Below are positions 51,103 to 64,000 of a stretch of 64,000 nucleotides of DNA, one piece after another (positions within the stretch are counted from its first letter, which is position 1; the number at the start of each line of letters is the position of its first letter). Under the pieces are notes generated by a model. It was not told where the DNA came from. It saw only the letters and a list, made by a program, of their open reading frames with translations, and searched no databases. The stretch spans positions 57,848,001 to 57,912,000 of the forward strand of contig NC_045697.1 in the NCBI RefSeq assembly GCF_009834535.1. The letters run 5' to 3'. The stretch is from Camelus ferus (lineage: Eukaryota). Position numbers and translations under genes: made by a program.

Positions 51103-53953
51103 AAGAGAGCAACAATGGGAAAAAATAGTTGATATACAGGCAGCAAAGCAATGATGAACCTTGTGAAAATCCTATAATTTAAAAAAGCATGCAGAACTGT
51201 ACAGTTTAAAAGTTTATTTTAGAGAAGTGAATTATATCACCCTAAAAAATAGTAATTATTAAAAGGATGGAGATGAGTGAGTACTTTCATGGCTGATGAA
51301 ATGTTAGGAGAGAAATGTTAGAATTATTTGGACTGAATTTTTCCAAAGGAAATTAGTTCCATCCATATCCAAGAGAAAGAGGTAACTCAAGCTTCCCCCT
51401 ATAAGGAACCAGCAGCAAATGGTCAAAAGCCATGTATAGACGTATTTGACAAGGGAGACAGTGTTCACTCTTATCTGTAGGGCTGGCTCAGCTAGCTTGT
51501 AGACAAATCTGACAAGTACCCGTGCACATCATCGTGGGGCACAGAATAAACAATTCTCAACAGGGTCAGGAGGAAGAAAGAATCAAAGACACACATACAA
51601 ATTAAGTAACAGAAAAATTATTGACATAACACTATTATCTCCCCAAGAGTAGGTGAGCTCCTGCTCTCCAAAACCAGAGCAACAGATATTGCACATCCTA
51701 TGAAAAACATAAATCTCTTAACATTTTTTCTTTGCATCTATTATAGATTTTTTTTAACTGTCCCACTGAAGTCCATTCTCTATAGATAGGATTCAAGTCT
51801 GAAAAAAAAAATACATCAAATAAAAAATAAAGAAGAATAGGGATTGTGATGCTCTTGATTATATATCATCTATTATCAGCAGAAGAAAAAGCCTGTTCTG
51901 TTCCGGGCTGAGTGTTGAATTTTGAGTAGCAGAGAAAAACAGAAAATGAAGGCAGTCCTCACTGACAAGTGTTCTACAGAAATAAATCTGAGATGCTACA
52001 ATCTGGCAATTACATTGATATAATAGACAACAAAGCCCCTCGTAACAAACCCCAGGGGCCTCAAGAGGAGGGAGGAACACTATGTTATCACAGAGAAAAT
52101 CACTTCATGTGAAATTCATTGAGTCCTATGGGCTGTTTTGTTGAGATTCTGCTGTCATTTTAATATAGCTAGGTTTTTTAGAGTTGTTTTAAAGGTATTG
52201 TATTTATAACACAAACAAAAAAAGAAAAGATTAAACAAGATAATTTAATAAGAACAAAGTAATGATTGATGACAGGCATATCAGGTTCTGAGAAGATGCT
52301 GAAAAAACTGATTTTAAGCAAGAATAATCTGTATTAGTTTCCGGACATGCTTTTCTGGACAACTGGACAGGAAAGAAAGATAGTAGAGTTTAAGAGAAGA
52401 AGGAAAAATACATTTCCTGGAGAAAAAATTAAGCAGTCTGATTATGTCATTTATATATAAGACTTACCAGTTCAAAAATATTAAATCATGTAAATTAATA
52501 ATTAATTCATAATTAAAAGTCTCTGCCATTCTTACAATGTGAGCAATGTAAAAAAGCCATCAACTTTCTGTAACTCATTGTTTAATGCCAACAGAATTAT
52601 AGTCCATGTCTTGGGCATTGATCAAAAGACTCCCAACTTTGATTTTCTTGTTATGCAGAGTTAAATTATTCAGAATCTCTGTTTTGATCTCAAAGGAAGG
52701 TCTCTACCATTCATTGAAAAATTTCAAGATTCCTCTCTAGTATTTTTTGTTTATTCTTATCTATCTCTGGGTGTACCTTGGTTAGAACAGAAAAAAAAAA
52801 TTCAGAAATTCTTGTGCCTAGTGCCTTAGTACTAACATGGTAACACACAAGGCATATTTCAGAGATGCCTTTTAAAATCTGAGAGCCTTTTAGTATTTTT
52901 CTAATTTTTCAGTTATAAAACTTTAAAATGACATTAAGTATAGAAGCCTGTCTTTCCATTTTTGGGAAAGAATGTAGTAACATTCAGATTTTTTGAGCAA
53001 TAGGATTACAGGACAATGGTGTGAACATTTAGTAGAAATGAGGTAGCACTCTACAAACAGAACTATTGATATAAAGTGAGAATAAGAAATGTTGAAGAAA
53101 GGTATTCTAGTTTTTTATTTACAAAACTGCCACTGTTGGAAGTCTTTGAAATAGTTAATAATCTGAAATTATTAATAAAAGCAAAGGAAAAAAACCCTGA
53201 AGTATATCACTTCCAGGTGACCAAACAATAAAGCAGAAGGAGATTCAGATTTGGTTTAACAAAAAGAAATGGAATAATGCTGATAGGTAAAATCACAGGT
53301 AACTCAGAACTCAAAGTTAATATGAAACTGATCACCAGTGAGATCCAGAGGAATAAATTTTGGAATAAATTGTGGGTAAACTTTGGCTGGGAAGCTGGGG
53401 TAGAAAAAGTTTTCAAGCTAAACTTATTGCAATCTAGTTAATCCCTGACCATCTTCCATCCTGTCACCACCCCAAAAAACTGAGGAAGAGATACAAACTC
53501 AGTCTTGGTTACTTTGAGGAAGGGGAGATAGAGAATGAGCTGGTAATGGAGTAATTAATGGAAGGGAAAATTCAACTTAACAAAAGGGCTAAATATTCAT
53601 CTACCCGTAGAAAACAGGCAGGTAATATGAATTCACTGACTCAAGCATAAGACAACAGAGAGTCAAGGGGACTGTGAGAAAGAATATATACAAGTCCTCA
53701 GTAATAGCATTGAAATTTGAAGAAAAATGACTCTGATGCCAAAACAGGCAAAGAAATGAAAAGCAATGACAAAATACATGCCCACAGCCAGACAAAGTCC
53801 TTGTGCCACCAATTTGTTTATCCTACGTCAAAAAAAGACTAAATCATAGATCAGATCAGGAACTAGCTCTGTAAATTAATTAATGGAAGAAATAAATTTT
53901 ATATAAGCATATAACAATAAAAGGAGGGAGAGTAAAAACAAAACAGAGAATCA

Positions 53954-54630
53954 ATTTCTTGCCATATAGTTGTTCACAGTATTCTCTTACAATTTTTTAT
54001 ATTTCTATGGTGTTGGTTGTAATTTCTCCATTGTCATTTCTTATTTTGTTTATTTGTGTCCTCTCTCTTTTCTTCTTGGTGAGCCTGGCCAGAGGTTGTC
54101 AATTTTATTTACTCTTTCAAAAAACCAGATTTTGGTATATTTACACAATGGAACACTACTCAGTCATAAAAAATAATAAAATAATGCCATCTGCAGCAAC
54201 ATGGATGGACCTAGAGATTGTCATTCTAAGTAAGCCAGAAAGAGAAAGAAAATACCATATGATATATGTATGGTATTACTTAATATCATAAGACAAACAA
54301 ACCTATTTATAAAACAGAAACAGACTCACAGATACAGAAAACAAACTTATGGTTACCAGGGGAAAAAGGGGTGGGAAGGGATAAATTGGGAGTTAAAGAT
54401 TTGCAGATACTAACTAATATATATATATATATAATAGATAAACAGCAAGTTCATACTGTATAGCACAGGGAACTATATTCAATACCTTATAGTAACTTAC
54501 GGTGAAAAAGAATATGAAAAGAAATATATGTATGTTCATGTCTAACTGAAGCATTATGCTGTACACTAGAAATTGTCACAACATTGTAAACTGACTATAC
54601 TTCAATAAATATATATATACAAATAGTTTT
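53954..54630 (+). mobile_element. Young L1 with 5' inversion (antisense ORF2 piece ~53954-54128, sense 3' end ~54127-54630)
   Basis: The reverse complement of the first part is post-endonuclease ORF2 DNA. The second part encodes WYIYTMEHYSVIK..ATWMDLE followed by 3' UTR. TSD core GAGAATCA at 53946-53953 and 54640-54647. Confidence 0.88.
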
Positions 54631-54935
54631 AAAAAATCTGAGAATCAGAGAGGTAAATATTGGTAACATCCAACCAATCACTGACTTTTAGAGAGATTTC
54701 TCAGACATATTAGCATTAAAATCATTTTTTTTAGAATGCTTAACTCAGAATACCAGAAAATAAAGTTATTTTATATTCAAATCATATCATCTCCCTGAAG
54801 AAAAATAACTGAACTTTTTATATTTACTTTCTAACAGGAAAGAGTCTGATAATAGGCAATATGAAAGCCTGAGTTATTTTTTACTGTATAGCAAAAGGTG
54901 ATGTTTTCACACATAAGTTTTACAAAAAATTAAAA

Positions 54936-57345
54936 ATTCTCCATAATTGACCACATGCTGGCCCATAAAGCCAGCCTCTGTAAATTTAAGAAAATTTTCA
55001 GGCCATCATAACCCTGATATCAAAACCAGACACAAATATCACACACATCAAAAAAAAAATTATAGGGCAATATCACTTATGAATATAGATGTAAAAATCC
55101 TCAACAGAATACTAGCAAATCAACTCCAACAATGCATTAAGAGGATCACACATCATGATCAAGTGGGATTTATCCCAGGGATGCAGGGATTTTTCAATAT
55201 CCACAAATCTATCAACATGATGCACCACATTAACAAACTGAAGAATAAAAACCATATGATTACCTCAATAGATGCAGAAAAAACTTTTGATAAAATTCAA
55301 CATCCATTTATGACAAAAACTCTACAGAAAGTGGGCATAGACAGAATATACTTCACATAATAAAGACCACATATGACAAACCCACAGCTAACATCATAGC
55401 CAATGGGGAAAAAGGTGAAAGCATTTCCTCTAAGATCAGGAATAAGACAAGGATACCCAGTTTCGCCACTTTTATTCAACATAATTTTGGAAGTCCTAGC
55501 TATGGAAATCAGAGAAGAAAGAGAAACAAAAGGAATCCAAGTCGGAAACGAAGAAGTAAAACTGTCACTGTTTGTAGATGACATGATACCACACATAGAA
55601 AACCCTAAAGAAGCGACCAGAAAACTACTAGAACTCATCAATAAATATGGTAAAGCTATAGGATACAAAATTACTACACAGAAATCAGTTCCATTTGTAT
55701 ATACTAACAATAAAATAGGAAAAGAAATTAAGGAAAGAATACCATTTACCATTGCATCAAAATGAATAAAATACCTAGGAATAAACCTACCCAAGAAGGC
55801 AAAAGACCTTTACTCCAAACACTATACGATACTGATGAAAGAAATTGAAGACGACATAAACAAATGGGAAGATATACTGTGTTCTTGGATTGGAAGAATC
55901 AGTGTCATTAAAATGGCCATACTACCCAAGGCAATATACAGATTCAATGCAATCCCTATCAAATTACCAATGACATTTTTCACAGAGCTGGAACAAAAAA
56001 ATGTAAAATTTGTATGGAAACACAAAAGACCCTGAATAGTCAAAACAATCTTGAAAAAGAAGAATGGAGCTGGGGGACTCATGCTCCCTGACTTCAGATT
56101 ATACTGAAAAGCTACATTAATCAAAACAGTATGGTGCTTGCACAAAAGCAGACACATAGATCAATGGAACAGAATAAAAATCCAGAAATAAATCCACACA
56201 CTTATGGCCAATTAACCTATGACAAATGAGGCAAGACTATACAACGGAGAAAAGACAGCCTCTTCAATAAGTGGTGCTGGAAAAACTGGACAGCTACCTG
56301 TAGAAGACTGACATCAGAACATTCTCTAACAACATATACAAAAATAAATTCAAAATGGATTAAAGACTTAAATTTAAGACCAGATACTACAAAAATCCTA
56401 GAAGAAAACAAAGGCAGTATACTCTTGGATATAAATAACAGCAATATATTTTTTTAATCAATTCCTGGAGTAATGGAAATAAAAGCAAAAATAAATGAGA
56501 CCTAATTAAACTTAAAAGCTTTTGCACAGCTAAGGACACCATCAACAAAAAGAAAAGACAACCTACAGAATGGGAGAAAATATTTGCAAATGATGTGACC
56601 AACAAGGGACTAATTTCCAAAATATACAAACAGCTCATACATCTTAATATCAAAAATAAGAACAACAACAAAAAACTGCAACTCAATCCAAAAATGGGCA
56701 GAAGACCTAAATAGACATCTCTCCACAGAAGACAGACGGATGGCCAACAAGCACATGGAAAGATGCTCAACATCACTAATTGTTAGAGAAATGCAAATCA
56801 AATCTACAATGAGATACCACCTCACACTAGCCAGAATGGCCTCATTGAAAAGTTTACAAATGATAAATGCTGGAGAAGGTGTGGAGAAAAAGAATACCAC
56901 CCTCCTACACTGTTGGTGGGAATGTAAATTAGTGCAGCTATATGGAGGACAGTATGGAGGTTCCTTAAAAAACGAAAAATAGACAGAATGTGATCCAGCA
57001 ATCCCACTCCTGGGCATATACCTGGAGGAAAATATAATTCAAAAAGATACATGCACATTAGTGTTCATAGCAGCACTATGTACAACACCAAGACATAGAA
57101 ACAACCCAAATGTCCATCAACAGATGACTGGATAAAGATGTGGTACGTACACACACACACACAATGGAATACTACTCAGCCATAAAAAGAATAAAATAAT
57201 GTCATCTATAGCAACGTGGATGGACCTGGAGACTGTTATTCTAAGTGAGGTAAGCCAGAAAGAGAAAGAAAAATGCCATATGATATATGATGCCACTTAT
57301 ATGTGGAATCTAAAAAAAAAAAAAAAGGACACAAATGAACTACTT
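54936..57345 (+). mobile_element. L1 ORF2 remnant (RT to C-terminus), 3' UTR incomplete
   Basis: ORF track: [82 protein letters not shown]. Frameshifted. Confidence 0.95.
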
Positions 57346-58823
57346 ATTATTTTTAACTTAGATGAGATATACAATAGCCTAAATAATAAATGGACAAAGA
57401 TACACATACATAATTCAGTAAGAAAGAAATTCAAATAATTGAGAAATATGCACAAATTCAAAACCATTTTCAAAGATGACACCTTCCTTCAGAGTAAACT
57501 CATATAAAGTTGTTTAAAATCATAGCAGCCTATACAGGAAAAGCCGGTTTACAGAAGTCTGGGGAAAAAAGTATTATTTTACCCTCCAGGTGGAAGAATA
57601 AGTTGGCAGAGTTTTGACTGATAGAATTGCTCAAATTTATCCCAACTCTAAAAGTTTATTTTCTTGACTCAGAAATTCCGCCTATAGGAAATTATCTCAC
57701 AGAGACAGTCTGAGAAACATGCTAATAACTTTTAACTAAATGATTCTTTACAGTCTTATTTAGTATACATTAATTGGAAATAACAGAAATAATATGCACA
57801 GGGGAAGGAAAATCTTTATAAGCATAACCCTAAAAAAGGATATTTTATGGCTATGAATATCAGAAAACATACTGAGTAATGTAGTTTCTTATATAAAACT
57901 AAATGGAGAAGAATACATAATTTCATATATATTATGACTTGTAATATATTTAAAATATACTGAAAAGTAAATTAGTAAAATTATCCCCAAACTTTACATC
58001 TGGATAAACAGGTTATAGGTGATCTTTTCTGTTCTGTAATTATTCTGACACTGACAGGCATTATTTTAAAAATAAGAACAAGAAACAAAAGAGTTGGAGA
58101 AGTAGAATACAGAAATTATTTCTAAAACCTGATTTTCTTCCAGCTTTGCAAACCAACAAACTCCTAAATTTCAAGCACACATTAAGAAGCATTGCATAGT
58201 GTTATCTCCTGTTACCTACAGTGTCTAACCTCAAAATTCTGTTCAAGAACAAGGACATTCTTAGAGTATCTACAGCTGACAGAACATAATAGTTCCCTGT
58301 TGCTGCTGTCTCTAACTTTTTCAGATGCACCCTCCCTATTCCATATGGTTTTCCAGTACTACCTTGTCTCTCCTTCATTGAGATCACTCTGTTCTTCTAG
58401 CATAGCTGTCTGGGTCACGTATTAGTAGTATGAATTATTCAGCCTGTGTGAGGTCTCTTACTTCTCTACCAGGCTTAGAAGTTCTTTGGCCCACCAAATA
58501 GAGATAGATCCCAACATAAATATCACCCAAAATCATGTACTCTGTGATATACTGAGGTTTATTTTCCACCTTTACTGAGAAATAATTGACTTACAACATT
58601 GTGCAAGTTTAAAGTGTACAATGTTTATACTGCTATAATTAACATTACTGTTGTATCAGATTGGACCAGGAAGTTTACACATATGAAGAGACCTTCCCTT
58701 TCAGATATTTCATTATAGGAGAGGAATCATTTTGATTTTTTTCTGACAAAATGTTTTTTTCTAAAGCTTTATTTCCTTATATTCTGTAACCAGCATTTAA
58801 TTGTTCCTACAATAATTAACCAA

Positions 58824-59134
58824 AAATGAATATATGTATGTTAATGTAAGAGTGAATAATTATGCTGTACAGTAGAAATTGACACAACTGACTATATTTC
58901 AGTAAATATATATTTTTATATATATATATTTATATATATATATATACATACACACACACACACACAGAAAAGAAAAAAATTTTTAAAAGAAAAATAACTG
59001 GGCTAGTATCTCCAAGATTCTGTTACCACTACTGCTTATATTGTGATGTTACACACACATGCATACAGACGTATACATGTATAACTTAATTTAATTAAAT
59101 CACCATTTTAACACTAAAAAATAAAATGAAATAA
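58824..59134 (+). mobile_element. Short L1 3' tail plus probable 3'-transduced flank
   Basis: L1 tail 58824-58905, simple-repeat/A-rich tract, ~120 bp apparently unique sequence, ATTAAA, second A tail. TSD AATAATTAACCAA at 58811-58823 and 59135-59147. Confidence 0.8.
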
Positions 59135-61594
59135 AATAATTAACCAATAATAAATAATAAATAATAAATAAAATAATTAACCAATATTTGGTTATCTATC
59201 ACACAGAGGGCAACAATGCCAGATTACAATGTCCCTTCAGGAGAAGCAAGAAAGACATAACTTCCTCCCCCATTCCTGTTGTAAAATATCAATCCCAGGC
59301 CAGGGACAAAGGGAAAATCTGTATATGAGTTATGAGATTAAACTTTAGATTGAACTGAAATTCTTCATACCTAAATTAGAGACTGCCTTTATACCCCAGA
59401 TTGGTTGTAAAAGCTCTGGAAACCTGCAGAGATGTTATCCAGTGGTGATAAAGAGAAAAAGCCAACAATTTGGTTCCAAAATAACTGGTGGAGAGATGAG
59501 TGGTGACTATGCTCTGGTGGGTAAAGATACGGGTATTTAATTTTCTTTGAGAGTTACACAACAGTAATCACTCTGTTCAACCCTTGGTGACAGAATTAGA
59601 CTATAGAGACATCAGTAGATCAATATTACAGGTCAACATAACAGACAAGATCAAGGTCAAGAGTGATCTTGTCCTACGGAGAACCAGAAAGGGACCAGTG
59701 CCTAGGAATAAATGAAAGAACTTTAAAATCTGAAGTTGGATAGTTGGAGTCTTATAAGCCATGAGACAAATTTTGGATTTTAATCTACTTAGAGTTCATG
59801 GAAGCGTTCAAAGCTCCTGGATTTTCCTATGAAACTTACATTAACCTTTTCTAACTCCAGCTCTGTAAAATACAGGGACTTTTCCTCGCTTTATAGACAT
59901 AATAAAAGTTGATATTTTGAGGTAGGGGGTGGAGTATCCCTAACAGAATTTAACAATCAGTAGCAGTTATTTTGCTATATTATTTGAAGTCACTCTTAAA
60001 TTTTTATTTTCTCAAAGGAAAATCCTGGAATGTGTTTTTTCATTCAGCTCCTCTTAATCAAAATCTCATTATTCACATTGTTGTATTTAAATTTCTCTGT
60101 ATAGTGTTGCTGAATTTTTAAATATTTCAATGAAATTCTGTAGGTGTATTAAATGGAATTAGAAGAGAATTCATCAGACACTAATAATTCATTGTAGGAA
60201 ATATTCTCTTTTGTCTTTCAAAATAACCTCTTTGAGAAGGGAACTTATGTCTTTTATTTATTTTTATCCTTCTCAGGTAAGAAAACAAGTTTACAGGATT
60301 ACTGATAAGCCCTTTTGGTAGATTTTATTGCAGTCAGACTTGTAGAGATACAAATCACACAATTAACATATATTTTAGTGTCTATTATATCCCTCCATGC
60401 CAGAAACCTTGGAAAAGGACGTGTGACCAGATACCAAGATTCTTTCATTTGATTTAAGGAAACAATAACCTAAGAGTTTGTAAGCAAATCATATATGTGG
60501 CATGATTCACAAGTGAATTTGAACTTGAATTTGTCCTTTAAAATAGAATTAAGGTAGTCAGATAAGACAGGAAATAGTATTAAAATTACAAGAATGTAAG
60601 TTACTCATTATAAGCATTATACTATTTTTAATGAAATTAGGAGAACTTTGAAGAAGAAGGAATTATCTGTCAGGATAGGAAAGACGTGGCATTTATAAAT
60701 TTGCTTTTAGCCAGAACAATGGTATTTTATAACCCTTTGCAGGTCAGTTGAGTTCTTGGTAGAAGTGGCATTTTAATACAGTATTTCAGAAGGTTGTTGG
60801 TAATTTCTAAGAGAAACTTCAATAAAGTTTATCAAAACACTACTTTAAGCCATTTTACATGAATTACATGCTTTAATTTACCTAGATTTGTTCATTGATC
60901 AATCTATCTATGCCAACTAATCAGAGATATTTTGATTTGTTTTTATCCACTTGACTGCAAATTTCCAAAAAGAATGCCCCTTTCTCTTGGTTATGAACAG
61001 AAAATAGTCTGCTTCCCTTATGCTGTAACATTTGACCTTGGACAAAAGATTGTCCAGAACACAGATTTCTCCCTTTATCCTTTTTATTTCTTAATTTTTA
61101 TTGTTTGTTCTTCATTATGCTATTCTTTCCCTTTTTTCCCCTTTACTTTCACACAACACTTCAAGTTTCTATTCCAATCTTATCTTAAACTTTTATTTTC
61201 TGCTTATCCAGTAGTTTTATTCAACTCTAAGTGCCAGACAGAAGAATTTCTATCCAGTGAGCTATTGATGACCTAAAGACTCAAGACTTGTGTCTATGAT
61301 GGAAAATTTTAAGGCAATTCTTAGACAGAAAAGGAGATTAAAAAACAGAAACAATTTTATAATTTATGATTTATTACCTGTCTACTTCAAAAAACAATTG
61401 AAAAGCACTATAGTTATTGAAATACAAGTTGAAATTCTTTATATGTGTTCCTTGGAACAAAGAATATTGCCTTTGGTAAATATTATACAAAAATAGTTCA
61501 TTGTACAAAATGTGGAGAAGTTAGAAGTATTATACTTTTAAGAAGTTCATTTTTGTGTTTGTCTATATTGAAACTTTTTCTTGTTGACTTCTGA

Positions 61595-61830
61595 AGATGC
61601 CAGAGTCAACTCTTGACTGGACTGCTTCCATTTGTATACTGAGTCCTCCACATATTAGCTGTGTGCTATTGGCCAAGATACTATTCCATGTGTCAACCTC
61701 TTTACCTTTAAAGGTTAACAGTATTAATCCAGGTCAAAGCATTGTAGTGAAAATTACATGAATTAACACATTTAAGTGTCTTAGAAGAGTTGTCTGGTCC
61801 TTAATAATTGTATAGTAAGTATCAGCTATT
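61595..61830 (+). mobile_element. MIR SINE
   Basis: 'tattagctgtgtgctattggccaag..gtagtgaaaattacatgaattaacacatttaagtgtcttagaa..cagctattatt'. Confidence 0.6.
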
Positions 61831-64000
61831 ATTATCATTGTGGTTACTTTTTAAACATATAAAACCAACTGTATTGTTTATATCATTTTTAAATGGCCTG
61901 CTTCTAGAAAACAAATTTATTGCATTAAAAAAATGTATAGCATAATTAATTAACCCTAATGCCAATGAAAATTAGATATCTAATCTAAAATTAGACAATC
62001 TAAGAAAACTAAGCTCAAAAATTTGTCCCACTTTCCCCCTCCATTAAGTAAAAATAATTTTGGTTCACTATAACAAACCTACAGGTTTACTGGTTCTAGA
62101 AATTCTGGTTTAACTTGGAGTCTGTAGTGAGGGAAGTGTTAGTTGAAGAACAGAGGTTTATTTATTATTCTGAGACTCTAAGATCAAGAAAAAAGGAATA
62201 AATACTGTAAATTTTTGATGCATTTATTTTGAAGAATAAGTCTTCTGACTTTAAAATAAAGTTCTGTGCTCTGAAATTTATTTTTAATAACTTATTTTTC
62301 CAAGACAGTTTCAAAGGATCAAATTTTCATGAGACAGTAAACTTCAAAAGTTTATTTCAGTACACATAGCAATTGTTTCTTAATGAATGAAACATATGCT
62401 CTTTTTATGAAGAAAACAAAAGATATAAAACCTCACTTTAAAGCCAAATCTAACATCTAACATTAAATAGTATGTTGTAAAGTTGTAAAGATCATACATA
62501 TATACATACACATACCCACGCACACATATAAAATCTTTATAATTATATGTTATATATATAACCTGTTCTTTGTTGTGTACCTTGATGTCAAATGTGTAAG
62601 TCATCAGAAAACCATGTAATACTCAACTTTTTAGGATATTATCAATTTAATATTAGTCCAGGGAGTTTGAAGCGAATGAGAATTACTGAATACATACAGA
62701 GAATTAGACTTTCAAATATGACCTAGATCATTTTCTGATATCAGATTTCAAACCCAAGCTTAAATTCATAGGTGATTTGCCAATTTCAACCATAATAAGC
62801 ATATAAAATATCTAATAGTGGTTTGCCCTTGAAAGAAACTCTTTTCTCTTCAGTTTTATTGCTGGTGTTAAATTTTCCACTACCTATAAAATGCATTTTG
62901 ATCAACTGAAACTTGAAAGATGTTAGAATAGGATCTCACCTATTTCCCAGCACCAGAAGTTTTATCCATATAGAAGTGTGAGTATATCAAAGTCATATGC
63001 ATTAATATATTCAACAGCTCCATGTGTGCATATTTGATACAGAATTACATTCATCTCTTTGATGTCTAACATGCGATTAGTATTTTTGTGATTTGGGTTT
63101 AAAAGAAAACAGAGTGTGTATCCATCAGAGGTTGTCTTCTCTTAATAAGAGACACTAAAGTTTTACTGTCAATCAAATTTATCAGATTATTTATAAATGA
63201 TGACATTCCATATGATTTATATTTCATATAAACTTGAAATAAATTTATAGAAAGTGATATCCTAACCAGAATATCTATTTACTTGTAACTAAAAACATAG
63301 TGGAATAGTTGTATTCATAAACTGAGATCTCCTTCCTAATTTCAAAGTGTCTGGGGAATTCAGTAAGCAACAGCAACATTGTTTTACTAGCATTTTGTCA
63401 GAATGAAAGAAGATGAAGAGTTTGTAGAATATTTCAGCTACTGGGAATTAAACTTGCTTGTATGTAGACTGTCTCAAGCCATCTATTTCCATACTTCTAA
63501 TCTCACTGGCAAAGAATATTCTATTCTGACTATATTCTCAAGGTTTTCAAATGAATCTATTTTAAATATCTATCCTCCTTCCCATGAAACTTTGGACTCC
63601 AAGAACTTTATTAGATTAACTTTAATCAAATAAACATTTACTAAGCACAGTAGATGGCTTCTTATCCAAATCAATAGTTGGTTATTTTGTTTAAATCCCC
63701 CAAAGCTGGAAATCCTAAAAATAAAATTTTGTGGATGTAAACATTTTATATTCACTAATATTCATTCACTAAATTTTTACTGCAGGAACAAGGTATTTTC
63801 TTTGGGCTTGGGTCTACTGATTTTCATTTGTGTTGACTTTATTTCATCTACCACACCCATAATGCATTATCTTCTATTTTTAGATGATATTTTCTTTCAA
63901 ATGAAGAAAAAAAATGCCATAGCTCTATCAAAACTAATGCAAACTCTGACAAAGGTAGAATAAGAAGGTACTCAGGAACACATAAAAGGAGGCACTTAAC

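Noticed and set aside
54947..56982. Reverse-transcriptase ORFs as a novel RT system
   Set aside because: The peptides are typical LINE-1 ORF2, broken across frames by stops and frameshifts.
55297..57058. Long minus-strand ORFs (165, 129, 135 aa)
   Set aside because: They are antisense frames of L1 ORF2, a common artefact.
63402..63633. ORF MKEDEEFVEYFSYWEL.. after an AG acceptor-like site
   Set aside because: Weak donor, unrecognised peptide and no supporting neighbours.

Overview
AT-rich mammalian nuclear DNA, dominated by old and lineage-specific transposable elements. A camelid (alpaca/llama/camel) source is likely. The evidence is a tRNA-Ala-derived vic-1-like SINE at 8466-8620 and repeated young L1 3' ends carrying the motif TGCTGTACACCAGAAATTGACAC. 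I found no intact protein-coding gene, rRNA or CRISPR array. The recognisable ORFs are degraded L1 ORF2 or ERV-L pol fragments. Contents: L1 remnants of several ages, two decayed ERV-L internal regions in opposite orientations, MaLR/ERVL solo LTRs, a younger solo LTR, and MIR, L2 and hAT fossils. The most interesting items are retrotransposition and repair scars readable from the sequence: an L1 3' transduction with TSDs, a retroposed tRNA-Phe 3' fragment with a perfect 16-bp TSD, a twin-primed L1 inversion and a template-switch duplication/inversion. A strong + strand bias of retroinsertions hints that the window may be an intron of a minus-strand gene, and there is one weak candidate exon. 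I found no convincing novel biological system. Repeat subfamily names come from recalled consensus resemblance, not from a database search, and boundaries of old repeats are approximate.
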